DNA of 64,000 nucleotides from Gordius albopunctatus (Eukaryota), in the NCBI GenBank assembly GCA_964276515.1, contig OZ193910.1:5456001-5520000 (forward strand), in the 5' to 3' direction. A program made the translations under genes and the position numbers. Of the stretch, positions 12,708 to 26,117 are shown piece by piece. Positions within the stretch are counted from its first letter, which is position 1. Each line of letters starts with the position of its first letter. Below the pieces are notes generated by a model. It did no database searches. It was not told where the DNA came from and was given only the letters and a program-made list of their open reading frames with translations.

Positions 12708-13778
12708 ACGACAAGGCATTATTATAAAAAGTTTTGCCTAGCATAAAAACTAGCTTAAAGTACAGGTTAAAAGGGGGATAATATAAATTTAAAAAATGGT
12801 TGAGTTTAGCAGAAACGAAAAGTGAGGGAATATGTTTGTATAACTTTTTCAAAATATTCTTGGAGTAAGCTGCGAATATTTAAATTGTAAATGAAGCTAT
12901 CCATTTATTTAATTTTAACCAGAAATTACCTAGTTTAGGTAAAGCAAAGTTTATTTTTAATCAAAAAATGTAATATTTATACTATATGGGTAAATATAAA
13001 TGGGTATTGGGTGAGTTTATGCATTATTTGGCTTCTAAAAATGTTAAAATAAAAGATAGTAATTTAATAAGACACATAGAGCAAATAAAATTATGTGCGA
13101 CTTGAGGATTATAATAAATAAAGGCAATGACATGGTTTTAAATTTTAATTATTGTAAATAGGTTATATCTGATGACTATGAGTGTTAATTTGGATTATCC
13201 TACCCTGATTTAATGACACGTTATGGCAGAATTTGAATTAAAATGGGAAGATGCCGTCTAATTGAGTACACAATAAATTTCAAATGTATTTTCCTGAAAG
13301 TTAAAGGAACAGCGACCATCGAAAAATGGTGCATAATATCGAGGGGTAGGGAAGTTAGCAAAATACAGGCGGCAACAGCCTTTTTGTTAGCATTCTTTCA
13401 CTTTTTTAGCATTCTTTCAACTTTAAAATATAAAAAAAAATTGGTTTTCAGCACCTAAACCTTTTCTCGTTGGTAGAATATATCATATTTATTTTTTACT
13501 TATTCACTTAAGCGTATTTTCAAATCCATATCTATGACCCAAATTTTCTTTCATAACTTGTATGTTTAAAAATCTAAATGAACTAAGGTCATTAGTTCCT
13601 ATTACTAAATTGAAAAATTCTGGTGACAGGACTTCAGGGGCGCAAGTTCTGCATCTTTTTTTAATAATTTTAAAATAAATAACATACATAATATATACAT
13701 GTCAAATATAAATACTTTAATAAAAGATTGATATTAAATGTAACTATAACAATAGTAAAATATTATAAGTATTTGTCA

Positions 13779-14705
13779 TAGAGCCCTGCACGGGTGAATC
13801 GAAACCCGACCAAAACCGCCTTCTGGTCGGGTTAAAAATTTTAAAATGCTTTTGGGTCGGGTTCGGGTTGAAAATTATTAAACTCGGGTCGGGTTGTAGG
13901 TTATAAATCTAGCTTATATAATATTTTATAATTAATAACGAAATATATGATTGATCTATCTCATACATTCATTTAAATTAATTTCTTTTAAGTTGTATCA
14001 AAACTTTGGATTTAAGCAATTCACAACTCAGAAAGGTAGAATATCTTTATTAATGCTATAAATTATAATAAACATTTAATTAATATCACAAAACTTATTA
14101 ACCATTTTGTTAACTCTCATTTTTCCTTTTTAAACATTGATGTTTCAACTTGCTTTACAGCATAACATATACACTAGAATAAAATAAAATTATCATGATT
14201 ATTTATTAAACGAATGATTACAATGTATAAAAACATTATTCTACAAACATGATTTAAAAAATTAGAGTTTTTAAAAAAATTATCAAATTTTCTCCTTTCA
14301 TTTCCGTGTAATCGCCACAACCATTATTAGCCTTAAAATCAAAATTGATTGATAATAAAGACAGACTGAAGCAAAAGTTTAAGAATATCTGCATTTTTAT
14401 GTTGCCTACTGAAGATAATGAATGGCCTGTTAAGTGGGATACTTAAGTAAAATATCTTAAAAAACTTTTCTGAATTAGGATCTAATTTTTTCCTAATGCT
14501 TTCACTTCTGGCAAACACGTTTTAAAATAGTTTTTTACACTTATCATGTTGTTAAATATTTTTTTGAGATAAAATTATGTTGCCATTTAAACCCATCAAA
14601 ATTAATTTTACACCAATCACTTATTTTACTTTCGCGTCGGGTCGGGTTGAAAAATTATAAAATGCTGTCGGGTTCAGGTTAAAAAAGTTACTTTGCAGGG
14701 CTCTA
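13779..14705 (+). mobile_element. hAT-type MITE (TAGAGCCCTGCA TIR)
   Basis: TIRs TAGAGCCCTGCA / TGCAGGGCTCTA; degenerate 8-bp TSD ATTTGTCA / ATTTGGCG; TCGGGT subterminal repeats. Confidence 0.85.
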
Positions 14706-15514
14706 ATTTGGCGTTTTTATTTTGGCATCTGCCAAAGTTAAATTGTAATGAGCTTTATTTTTAATAAAGAGAAGTAGTAGCAAAAATAAGAAAATTATTC
14801 ATATTTTCAAGGCTATATAAATGCAATGAATGTCGGAAAAGCACACATGAAGGGGACGGGAGTGGAGGAGATAGAGAGGAGAGTAGGTGAAGGGAGAGAG
14901 ATATTTGTTAGTAAACATCGCGTACGCAGTATGTACTCTACTGTACTCCTTTTTCCAGACGTTGTGGGGCGAATTTTGATAAGGGGAAGGGGTTCACGTA
15001 AACGCGTATAAATGTAAATATAGAGGTGAAATAAAAAAAAATTAATACAAGGGGAGATGAGACTTCAATCTACACAAAAACACTAATTTTTTTCAATATA
15101 AATTTAAAATGGCGTTGGTATTTAACTTCAAAATACCTTAAAAAGGCCTTTTTTTGCACCTTTAACTTCATATATCTAAAAAACTGGAAATTTTGGAAAA
15201 AAAACTAAAAATATATTTGTGATCAGCGCAAAATTCTCTATCAGGATTATTGGTCCGATTGCAGGATGGAATCACAAAGTCAAAATTTGTAGACCTGTGA
15301 AATTGGTAATACAAAGCAATTTCTTATCAGAATAAGGCAAATTGAATGATATTTCTAAATTATAGTAAAAACTCATTCTTTTGCATCATAAACTCGTTTA
15401 TTATTGCAAAAGATGTATGGGCTACTAATCACTAATGTCGATTAAAATATATGAGTTCCAGATTATATGAAATAATATGCATAATTATTTTGGACGGTTA
15501 TCCGAACAAATGAG

Positions 15515-18500
15515 CTAAGCATTCATTTTATCGTGTATCCATCGGACATAATTGTACAGTCGGGTATACACTCCAGGTCTTTGAGGTCTACCACAATCAA
15601 TGCCCCAAGAAACGATCCCGGTCGCATACCAGCGACTATCATTGCTTACGCACGCTAAAGCTCCACCACTGTCCCCCTGAAAGTATGAAGGTTTTTTAAA
15701 AGCTAAAATTGTGTAGACTCAATAAGTTTAATTTGCTATTATTTATTGAATTCATATTTATCTTTATTACGTGTAAGGTAAACTTATAATAATAAATTGT
15801 TGTCTAAGTATAAAATCAAGTCCGGAGTTAGGATTAGAAGCTATTTAGAATATTCACAAACTAGTGTTTGCCCTGTTTAAGTTACCTCGCATGCGTCAAC
15901 CATATCCCCACCAGCGCAGATCATATTCTCTGAAACTCGGCCATTTAGCCAAGCGGGTTCATTGCACAACTTGTTTCGAATGAGCGGTACAGCAATTTCG
16001 TTTAGGACTGAATCGTTTCCTGTATCTAAATTTTTTTATTTGCAAATTAGATGTCTAACAGCAAAGATATTCAGTACCGTTCCAAATGTTCTTTTCTTTA
16101 AACATGATTCGAGGGGAGGGGGTCCACGACTTATAAACCACACAAAAATAGAAAAATGATATTTAGCGCTTTTTTTTAAATATTAGGTTAACAAGGGGAG
16201 GCGGAGGGGGATAAATTTTTATACGGGTGTACCAGCTTAAAAGGCATGTTGCAGGTCTCTAGTTGTAACTATTGCCCTGGTTTGCATATTCAGAAATCTT
16301 ATAGGTGCTTTTCCCCAAACATTGCCTTTAGTGAATCACAAAAGTTAAATAATTAAAGCGTTGATGCTTTTCCTTAAAACAGAAATAAATGAAGAGATTG
16401 TACATATTTGGAGTTTAATATTATTGAATTTTGGTTTGGTTTCATAATTTATTGCATGTTTTTGACATAACAAAATAAGCAATTAAATTTTTTAAAGATA
16501 ATCTAATTAAGAGTTACTCTCACGCCAACTAAAAAATCGACCCTCTAAATAAACATATTATTAAAAAAGCCACTTAACGTGGCAAAAGAAGGCTATCACG
16601 CAGGCGCGTAGCCAGGATTTTCTCAAGGGGGAAGAAAAATTCAAAAAAATTGGAACACTTTTTTTTAATGTAACAAAAATAAACTTCGCGTACAATATAT
16701 GCGAAACTTCAAGGCGCTATATAACCAGCTATGGAAAAATCTTTTCTTCAAATCAGAGCATTTACTATCGCTTTTATACCTTAAAAAGGACATCGATCTT
16801 ATGCATTTATTTAACAGGCAGAAAATATTATCATTTAGGTAAAATTAAATAATGGCGTAAACCAAAGCAATATTATATGAGTTTGATCTGAAAAAATGCT
16901 CAAGTTGCTAATAAGCAATACATTCACTCAATCTGTTTATTTGACATTTAGTGGATTACAGCTAAATGGACGGTGTTTAGAAAAAAAACAAGTATTAGCT
17001 AATTTCCAAATACTCTTTATAGAAAATTCAATTTTACCTGAAACAGAAAGGAATTCCCTAGCCCAATTTTATTCAAAATAACTATACTATATAAACATAA
17101 AATAAAAGCCTAATTCACTTGCTAGAAATACCAGGGTTTGGTATTTTAAAGGGGAAAAAATCTTGTATACAAGCTCTCTTCATAGTTTACAATCAATGGT
17201 GGAAAATTAATCTTTTATGCAACTAAACTATAATATTTTAACCCATTTAATCTAATTTTATTAAACAAAAATTTTTTCAAATTTTGGTCAAGAGGCCAGA
17301 AACCTCCCACTTTCTGCCCCCTTGGCTACGCGCCTGCTATCATGACATACTCTTAGTGGCCCCATATCCAGTGACCTGGCAAAAATCTTCATTGCCGGGT
17401 TTCTTGTTAGGCAAACATAATGGCGATACGTATCGATTTAGCTTCACCGGTTCGCTCATATGTATCAATGCCACGTCATTATCATATTTAATACCTTGTC
17501 AAAAAATGCGTAGATAAAAAGAAAGCTAAATATGTTTTTTCCATGAAAATTTATTGACAATTTATAAGGGTGTTGAAAGTAATCATTCGTCCGAGAAAAA
17601 GACACCAACATTCGTGGACATTGCTGCCCACCTCCCTAAACCTAAAAAATTGTTAAAATTTATTAAAATTATGGCAAAAATTTTAAAAATTGAACATTTT
17701 GCCCCTCTCTAAATCATTATTGCCCCCCCCCCTATAATCTTAATGCTGGCTACGCCCATGACAACATCTTATATAGGAAGGTAAAATTAAAAATTTTATA
17801 TAATTATTATTTAAGTCTTAACGCCCTTATTTGTAAGTTCGATAAGTCGAAAATAAAAACTAACTGGAGGGCTAGTAAAAATTTATATTATTTCTATTTT
17901 TAAGCAACATTACAGCTTTAATTTTTGAATGTCTTATGAAATTAAGTTAAAATGGATTCGATTTTATATTAATTTGCATATATAGCTTGTGTAGGGCCTA
18001 TTTATGCAAAGCTTATATCATGGTTTTTGAAATAATTGTTATTGTTATAAAAACTCTTTTTACCTTTATTAAAAAATAGGTGGCGAAAGAGTTTAGCCAC
18101 GGTTCGCGATTGCTCATAAATATCTTTGCCTGATTTGAGAATTGTCCCCAAGTGAATAGTCAATTCATTTATGGCGCTAATAAATGTAGGCATAATAAAT
18201 TACGAAATTAATATTATGAAACTATTCGGAATAAACTTATATCCCCCCCCCCTATTTTAATGAAGTCCCACAATTTCTAAAGTCACCCGTGGCAAAAACT
18301 AATGCTGCTGAATGACTATAAAAACAAATGGAATACGGAAAGTTTTAATTAATAAGTTCCAAAAATATGCCACTTTTATTTTATTCTTACATTCCAGCGA
18401 AGCAGTGTGCAGCTGATACGACGTGTTTATCACTTATTAAAAAACCACCACATAGATGTCTTCCCCGAAGTCTTATGCTGGCTTGCCAAGGCCAAGCTCC

Positions 18501-21500
18501 TCTAACAGAAGCTACCCCTCCTAATATCCGACCTTTGTTAGTGTTTGTCGGGCGTGGTGTTGAAGGTATTTGACTCTTTAGCTTGGATAAAGATCGCTTT
18601 CCGCGATTAGTTTTGACATAACCATAACCGTTTACATATGTCCATTCCGTTAGAACTGGACGTTGCCTAACTTTTACGCCTGAATTCATTAAATTATTTC
18701 AATGCATAATTCTTGTTTCAGTGTTTGGTTTTATTGTTTAACATATCAAATTGTTTAAAATGAGATATTATCATAAATATTTTATGGGCCTAGCTAGCCA
18801 AAATTAAATTGGGGGATGGGGGGGGCGGCTAAAGGTTTGTTACTGATTAAGGGAGTAGCAAATATATTTTAATATTCATTCATATTTCATTAAATTTAAC
18901 ATACCAATTTTAAATCCAAAAGGGATAAAAGTGCCTCCCTAATCATCTTACTAATTATTCTACTTTAAGAAAAATTATGCGCATATGATTCAATTTAGGT
19001 TAATATTCTTTATAATAAAAACTGGGCAATAAAATATAATCTACGGGGCTAACTAGTTTGCAAATAATTTATGAATGTTTTAACGAGCTCTGAAAAAGAT
19101 TCATTTATAAATAAACCATATGATCGATCGGTCACCAAATTAAGGCTTTTACGTGAGCCACCAAAGATTGATTTTCTATTGTGAAAAGACTGTGGAACGG
19201 CCATCTTGGAATTAGCGACTAAAAAATGTTTGGGTGACGGTGTTGGTGATTGATTGTAAAATGAAGCGCTGATATTTACAAAGCCACACACATTTGAAAA
19301 ATTGTAAATTTGGTGTCTGGTTGTAAGAGGTGTTGATAGGGCTGTTGAAAACGTATTTGAAATTCTCGCTGTAAAATGGCTTGACTTGATGGCTAAGTAA
19401 AATGATACATATGTTTTTTGTAATTCATTAGTGCTTAGAATATTGTTAAAAGTAATATTGTTTAGTTACTCGAAATATAGAAGGGTTTGGGTGTAGAATA
19501 TATAAATGACTCAGGAGTTGAAAACGGGCTGAGTTTATTGGTTTGCCCATAAACCATGAATCTATTGCGATTATCATCAAACACTTGTGCAGTTGGGTAT
19601 GTATTTGGGATCGGGGCATAAGTGGTGGTGTCTAAAGTATGCAAATAAAAGATAAGTTTAAATGAGCGTTATAAAAAGTATAATCAATTTGGTTAAATTA
19701 GAATTAACTTGCTGTGCCCGGCCAAGCGTTGCTTTGGCTCAGTCCTTAAGTGGTTAAATAAGTATAACCTATTAATAAGACTTATCTAAAATGGGGTCAT
19801 ATATGAAATAATAATTCAAATAAATAAAATATCCATAATATTTATTTAGAGCACGAATTTTATCACGTCATGCATTTTATGAACCCACTATTTTTAGTAT
19901 ATATATAATAAGACAAACCAAATACGAATTCTGTTTTAGTCATCAAATCCGACTAAAATCAAATGTTTTTGAAAAAATTGCTGATCAATGCTGTTACTTA
20001 TTATACAATAATACTATTATTTTATTTTTCTAGTTAGCTGATTTATTTGAAATACAATTTTCTTTAATATAATAAAATATTTAATTGAAGGATGGATAAT
20101 TATTAAAAATATGCTTCTATGATCGACCACGTGATAATAATTTAAATATTATTTATTTAATTTAAATAGTTGATTAAACCCCAATAATTTTGACCGTAGT
20201 AACATTTTTATTATAGAGAAAACTTCAGCCTTGTATGTATGACGTCATTATTGTATATGCTGCTATAAATTAAACTGGCCGGGAAATGTCCGATATTTTT
20301 AAAACGAAAAGGTATTTTAGGAATCTGAAAAAGCTATTTTACCCCTGGCCGCCCTGGACATCTACGGCTTAATTTTCGCGCGAATCGGGTATGTAGTTTC
20401 AGAATTTAGCCCTTACACACATGCATAGACTTTACTTTATATATATATTAACAAGATCCGTTTATTGATTTGATATCAGAAAAGATTGTATTTATAAGAT
20501 ATTTTTATTATTAATTTGATTAATTCTCACAAAATGTGTATTTTTATACATTCCCAAATAAATAAAAGGTTTTAAAAAATAAATGCTATTTTAACTTTAA
20601 TATAATTTTAAAATGCTCTATTAAATTAAATGGTCACAAATGAATAATTTATGCACAATTTACCAATAGTAGTTTGATCTTGATTTTGTGGGACGCATCC
20701 ATCTAATTGATATGCTACATAGTAAAAGTTGCCGATTAAAGTAAAAGAGTTTCCTCTTGCCTTCCACCTAGAATTAAGATTTTGTCTTTGCGAAATTCGT
20801 CTAGACCTTTGATAACCTGTACGTACGTTGGGTTGCATCACAATTTTTTCAATTATAAACGGTTTCGGTTTATGACTATTAAAATGAAAGCCTTTTAACT
20901 AAAAAAACAAATAAAAATAGAATTTAAGCAACCTTGGTAGTTAGTTGTATGACGCAAAACAGGCCTTTATAAATAAAAATTCATTTTAGAATATTTTCTT
21001 AGCCAAGTCATTCCGTTAATCCTAAATCATCAAAATTTTCCCATGAAAACAATATTCAATGATGAATTAGGACAAAAATTAGTGCTCAAATCAAGGAAAT
21101 AGGTGATTTTGGATAAGGCCTTACATTTTTATTAAATTAGACACGAATAAATAGATTTAAACATAAAATATATGAAGCTTTAAAGCTGTAGCCAACAATT
21201 TAATTAAAAGCATTTAACTCGGTGAAACTAACATTACATTTTTATTAATTAATATAGTTCGCTTCACATCTAGGGTAATCTCTACAAAGATCTAGGTATA
21301 TAAATAATCTTCTACAAGGTTCCTAATTACTTTATTTGGAGAGAATGCTTTAGGAGAGTTTAGTGTGAATTTTTTTTTCTTTATGTCTGTGATAAATCGG
21401 ACAAGAAAATTTGCCTGTTTGTTTTGATTTAAATATGGAAATGTTTGAATCAACAACTCTTTTGTACCGTGTTTGCCATGAAAATAATTCATTTATATAA

Positions 21501-23499
21501 TTAGACAGTATCATAAATATGCAAATAAATTTTTAACGCCAAATTGATTAAAAAATTTATAAAGAAGTTCACTATTCACACATTAATAGATAGACGATAT
21601 TTCATTAGTCTCTGGGTCGGGCGGACTCGGGCCTTAAATATGGCTGTATTAAAATATGGGTTAGGGCCTTGCAACGGTCGGGCCTAAAAATACCATTCTG
21701 GGTTCTCGAGGTAGCGGTTAGAGAGGCAGTTTGTTTTTTTATCGAGCAAATTTTTAATTTGCAGTTGCATATGATTTTTATAATATTATTAAAAAATTGG
21801 TTTTACTAATTTACCCAAGTGGAAAATCATCATTCCTTGATGGTAAGTTGCATCTGCCACAACTTGTCCTCCTCCAGCTTGACGCACCGCGACAAATTAA
21901 TTTATCAGGTGCAATAAATTCAACAATGGTATGACCAGGAGGCCTGACGTAAGTATCAATGCACATTCTAACCGGGGTGAGTAAGTCATCGAAATATCTA
22001 AAAAATAAAAAGCTTATGAAACTAAAGGTAATAGCAAAGATTCAGGAAAATATGTCTAAATAGACAATCAAAGTGATCAATACGTCAAATTTTTAAGTGG
22101 AAAACTTGGGGTTAGAATGGATTTGCTAAAAATATAAATTATAAAATGCCTTACAAAGGTAAAAACAGTATCTTGAAAGGGTGGAAATCGTGTCATGATA
22201 ATTTTCCATCATTAATCATACAATTTTTAGCCAACCAAAGGTCATTTACGGAGGCACGAAAACTTTTTCCTCATAATATTATTGTAAAAAACCCTAGAAA
22301 GTTTAACTAAGTTTAAGATAATTTTGACGAGCGTAATTAATACTTTAAAATACGGGAAGGATAAAGAGCGGTAAAAATAATTATAGATTCTACTATTTCC
22401 TTATTATACTCTTTTTAAAACACAAATACTCTTCCGAGATAGCGTCATTTTTAACCTTTTCTTTTTAGTTAATTTTATAATTACTTTGACTAGCCCGATT
22501 TTGGTTCAAGGAGGGCAAAAAATATGACCATTAAATGAGTAAATATTTGAGAAATATGATCCCGAAGTGCGGGGGGGGGGGTCAATGGTTCTCATACATT
22601 TTGAGTTATAGGCATCAAACGAATTTCATATATTTATCAAATTCAGGAAAGAAAATTGAATACACATAAAATTAAAGTGACAATTCTTTTAAATATACTT
22701 ATTTCAACTATCGTGCAAATTTTATTAAGAAAGTAGTAATTAACCTAACTACTAGGTAGGATGGGTTGAATGTTCTGGCGGCACTAAATTCAAATTTGAT
22801 ATCGGTTTCAACATCAATTTTTGGATCTGTTAGCCGGGCCCCCAACTCAAAAATAAATTGAGGCGTTAAATTGAGGGCTAAGGTTCGCCATTTTTCATTA
22901 ATATAAGTCCATGGCCGTGGCACTTTTTGACCAAATTTAAGGGTGACAGCCTGCGTTTCAGCATCGTAAACATAATAAGCCGAGTGGGTTTGCCTTGAGT
23001 TTGGGAAAAAGATTGAATACCAACCTTCCGGACATTCACAGGGTATATCCCTAATTCGGTAAGGAATATCTTGAAACAAACATTTTTAGTGTTAAGTAAG
23101 TTTTAGCCGTGTCACTCAAAGAGAATAAATTATGGTGGTAATTAAAATCACAGAAAATAATTTTAGCTTTACAAATACAAAGCATTACCTACATAGGGGA
23201 TACTTTGTGAAACAGAGACATAAGTGGCCAACGCTTTAAATATATAAAAATTTTGGGCGCGTGCTTAATAATTAAATATATTAAAAGGTCTAAAAATAAG
23301 AATTTACTACTTTTGAGCATGCTTTGGGCATAGGGTAGAAAAGAAATTATAGATTTAAGTATTAAGTTTAAATTAGAAATCAATTGTTTATTCGACCAAA
23401 CTAACTTTTATCGCATCCGAATTGAGAATATTGTGAATTGATAAAGCTTTTGAAGGAAATAAACAATATTAAAATAATGATCGATATAAAAATATTCAT
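15515..23499 (-). CDS. Secreted trypsin-like (S1A) serine protease, 13 predicted exons, ~728 aa
   Basis: Phase-consistent GT-AG exons: 23499-23406 (signal-peptide-like [22 protein letters not shown]), 23263-23189, 23069-22745, 21997-21815, 20964-20933, 20891-20664, 19631-19470, 19392-19153, 18679-18391 (R|ILGG...WPWQAS...CGGFLI...SAAHC), 18176-18064, 17494-17351 (DNDVAL, PLCLP), 16025-15886 (MICAGG, DACE), 15676-15515 (GDSGG, GIVSWG, PGVYT). Catalytic triad intact and Asp at S1. The protease exons are secure; joining the four N-terminal exons depends on a 32-nt exon. Confidence 0.85.
16601..17336 (-). mobile_element. hAT non-autonomous element (CAGGCGCGTAGCCA TIR) in a protease intron
   Basis: TIRs CAGGCGCGTAGCCA / TGGCTACGCGCCTG; TSD CTATCACG / CTATCATG; ends shared in inverted orientation with 52697-53715. 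Confidence 0.88.
19708..20456 (-). mobile_element. Non-autonomous Helitron-like element, copy 1 (intronic)
   Basis: Minus strand 5' TC, 3' hairpin GCCAAAGCAACGCTTGGC then CA(A)G end; A|T insertion site; highly similar to 55769-56683. Confidence 0.75.
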
Positions 23500-24144
23500 C
23501 GCTGCTGTTTAAAACATTTGTTGCTGCATACACACCCACGTGTCGATTATCAAATTATATACAATTAACACGGACCATTAACGTTTCCCGCTTATTTCAA
23601 GCCCTCTTACCTCATCATCCCATACAAAAAGATTTACATTATTATGCTCTTAATAACACTATGACTGAATAGATATAGATCAGCATCATTATAAAAATAT
23701 CTTTTAAAGGATTTAAAGACAATCACTTAAACAGTAAAAATACATATAAGATATGAAACGAAATGCGTCTTATAATAAAATAATAATTACTTTATTACAT
23801 TAAATCTTTAAGCTGGAGTATTAAATTTTTCATTGTTTCTAAGGGGAGGATGCATTTTTTCACTGGTGGAAACTTTTCACACCGAGCCCACCCGAAAGCG
23901 TTTTTAACTCGGTCTGGCCCAAAATCTTTTAAAAATTCTTAACCCCACCCGAGGCTTTTAAAAGTTACAACGGACCCAAAAGCGTTTCAAAATTTTCAAT
24001 CTGATCCAAAATTTAAAAAATTGCGGTGTGCGACAAATTAAAGTCTCAGCTTTAATAAACCAATTAGTGCCACAAATTTTGGGTAGTAAATTTATTTGAA
24101 TGTTTTGTTATAATTATTTATAGGTATTGTTCATCCACAATTAT

Positions 24145-25500
24145 AACACTACCTACGACGGTCCCAAGTCCGTATGCAAAAAGTGGAGGGTTGGCTTTAG
24201 GTCGAAAACTGGCTATAAAAATCAACTCCAAAATCATGATAGTTTCAAACAAAATTTTACAAGAGAAAGCTAGGGCATCCCCCACAAACGACGTGAACAA
24301 CATACCCCGCCCGTGCAATGTGAAAAATACACTAGAGTTACTGCCTAACTCACAACACAACGAAGACGGTTAAGGAAATTAGTTATGGAAAGAATGCGAA
24401 TAACGTGCTGGAATGTGGGAACGTTGAGGAGGAAGAGCATCGAGGTCGCACAAATGCTAAAAAGAAGATGAGCCTTTAACGACTTGGAGAGACCTTATGG
24501 TTATGACACAGTCCCTCGCAATTTAATATGGTGGTGCCTAAGAAAATAAAATATCCCTGACTGATATATACGGCTTATGAAAAATATACATGAAGCCTTA
24601 AACTCTTGCGTTAGGACGACAGTTAGAGACCTTAAACCTTTTCGGGTTAAAATTGGATTACATCAAGTATCTGTTGTAAGTCCCTTTTATTTAATATAAT
24701 TATAGACACGATAACGCGAGACATTCAAAAGCCATCGCCATGGTGTATGATATATGCCGTTGATATTGTACTATGCGAGGAAATAAAGGAGAAAGTATTC
24801 GAAGAAGCCAAAAAGTGGTCAAAGAGCTTAGCTGGATATGGTTTAAAGGTCAATGATCGAAAAACGATATATATGGAAATGAACGTTACAGGCAGCCCAT
24901 CGCTGGATGACCATCTAAAGTACCCAAAATTATACAGGTTTAGATACCTCGGCTCAATGCTAAATAAAGAGGGAAGTGGTGCAACAGAAGTCAATGTATC
25001 CAAAAAGAATGGCTTAAATGGCGAAGTATATCCGGTGTAATGTGCGGCAAGAAAATGCCACTATGGTTGAAGAGCAAAGCTTACAAATCCATCGTGAGAT
25101 CGTTGTTACTCTATGGAAGTAATACATGGGCATTAAACACCACGGAAGGAAAGTTATTACAAGTGACAGAGATGAGAATTATACGATGGAGATTGGGGTA
25201 TAATAAGCTCGACCACATTAAAATTGCCGTTCTCATTACAAAAATGGGTATTCAACGTATGGCAAACATGATTAAAGAATATCGGCTAAAGTGTATGGGT
25301 ATATACTAAACAGGAACACGAATGAATTTAATCGAAAAGTACTGGACATGGAGGTACCGGGGAAGAACGGTAAAGGACGCCCCCGTGTCACGTGGAAAGC
25401 GCAAGTCTTTAAAGTTATGAAAACTAAAGAGATTAGTCAGATAAAGTTATGAAAAATAAAGATTAGTCAAAACATGCAAACCCCAGGACCAACTGATAAC
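24145..25500 (+). mobile_element. RTE family A copy with large internal deletion (5' end joined to RT-to-3' end)
   Basis: 5' UTR motif AACACTACCTACGACGGTCCCAAGTCCGT, ~30 codons of APE, jump near 24475 to the DLE.PY..DTVPR region; then YAVDIVL, FRYLGS, LLYGSNTW and GKGRPRVTW near the 3' end. Confidence 0.85.
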
Positions 25501-25540
25501 AAAGAATATAAGAAAAAGGTAGAAAAAATATTTTTGAGCC

Positions 25541-26117
25541 AACACTACCTACGACAGTCCCTAGTCCGTGTGCAAAAAGTTAAGGGTTGCCGTGAATAGT
25601 TTAAAATAAAACTTTACAACAGAAAGCTAGGGCGTCCTCCACCAACGACACACACTGCATCTCCTTACCGTGAAATGTGAAATAAACTATGGATATAGCT
25701 AGGAAGGCGATTAAGGAAATGAGATGTGGAAAGAATGCGAATAACGTGCTTAAATGTCGGAACGTTGACGAAAAAGAGCATTGAAGTCACACAAATGCTA
25801 AAAAGATAGATACACATTGCATACCTACACTAGAAATAGTTCGGTATCGGTTTAAGCGAATCGTTCAAGGACAAGGTGGTGGAAGTCAAGCGTTTGTCAG
25901 AGAGGTAAATGTATGTAGATCAAGAGAGCCTCCTAACCGTCATGTGCGCATATGCTTCCCAAATTGGGTATATGGATTCCAAAATAGACATGTACCTTCG
26001 ATTTATTGGAAAAGGAATTACAAAGAATAGGACAAGAAGAAAGGCTAATTATTATTAATCAACGCCCACCTAGAGAAAGATCGTCTAGGGTATGAACAGA
26101 ATCGTAGAGGCTATGGG
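25541..26117 (+). mobile_element. RTE family A 5' fragment (UTR plus APE remnant) in tandem with the previous copy
   Basis: Restarts with AACACTACCTACGACAGTCCCTAGTCCGTGTGCAAAAAGT; APE-like CLNVGTLTKKSIEV and VMCAYASQIG remnants. Confidence 0.8.

Noticed and set aside
14826..15011. Purine-rich short ORF
   Set aside because: Low-complexity GA-rich tract within probable DNA-transposon debris; no splice or motif support.
21292..21492. ORF MNYFHGK... as a protease exon
   Set aside because: No acceptor in the phase needed to follow the 21815 donor; the 32-nt exon at 20933-20964 fits instead.
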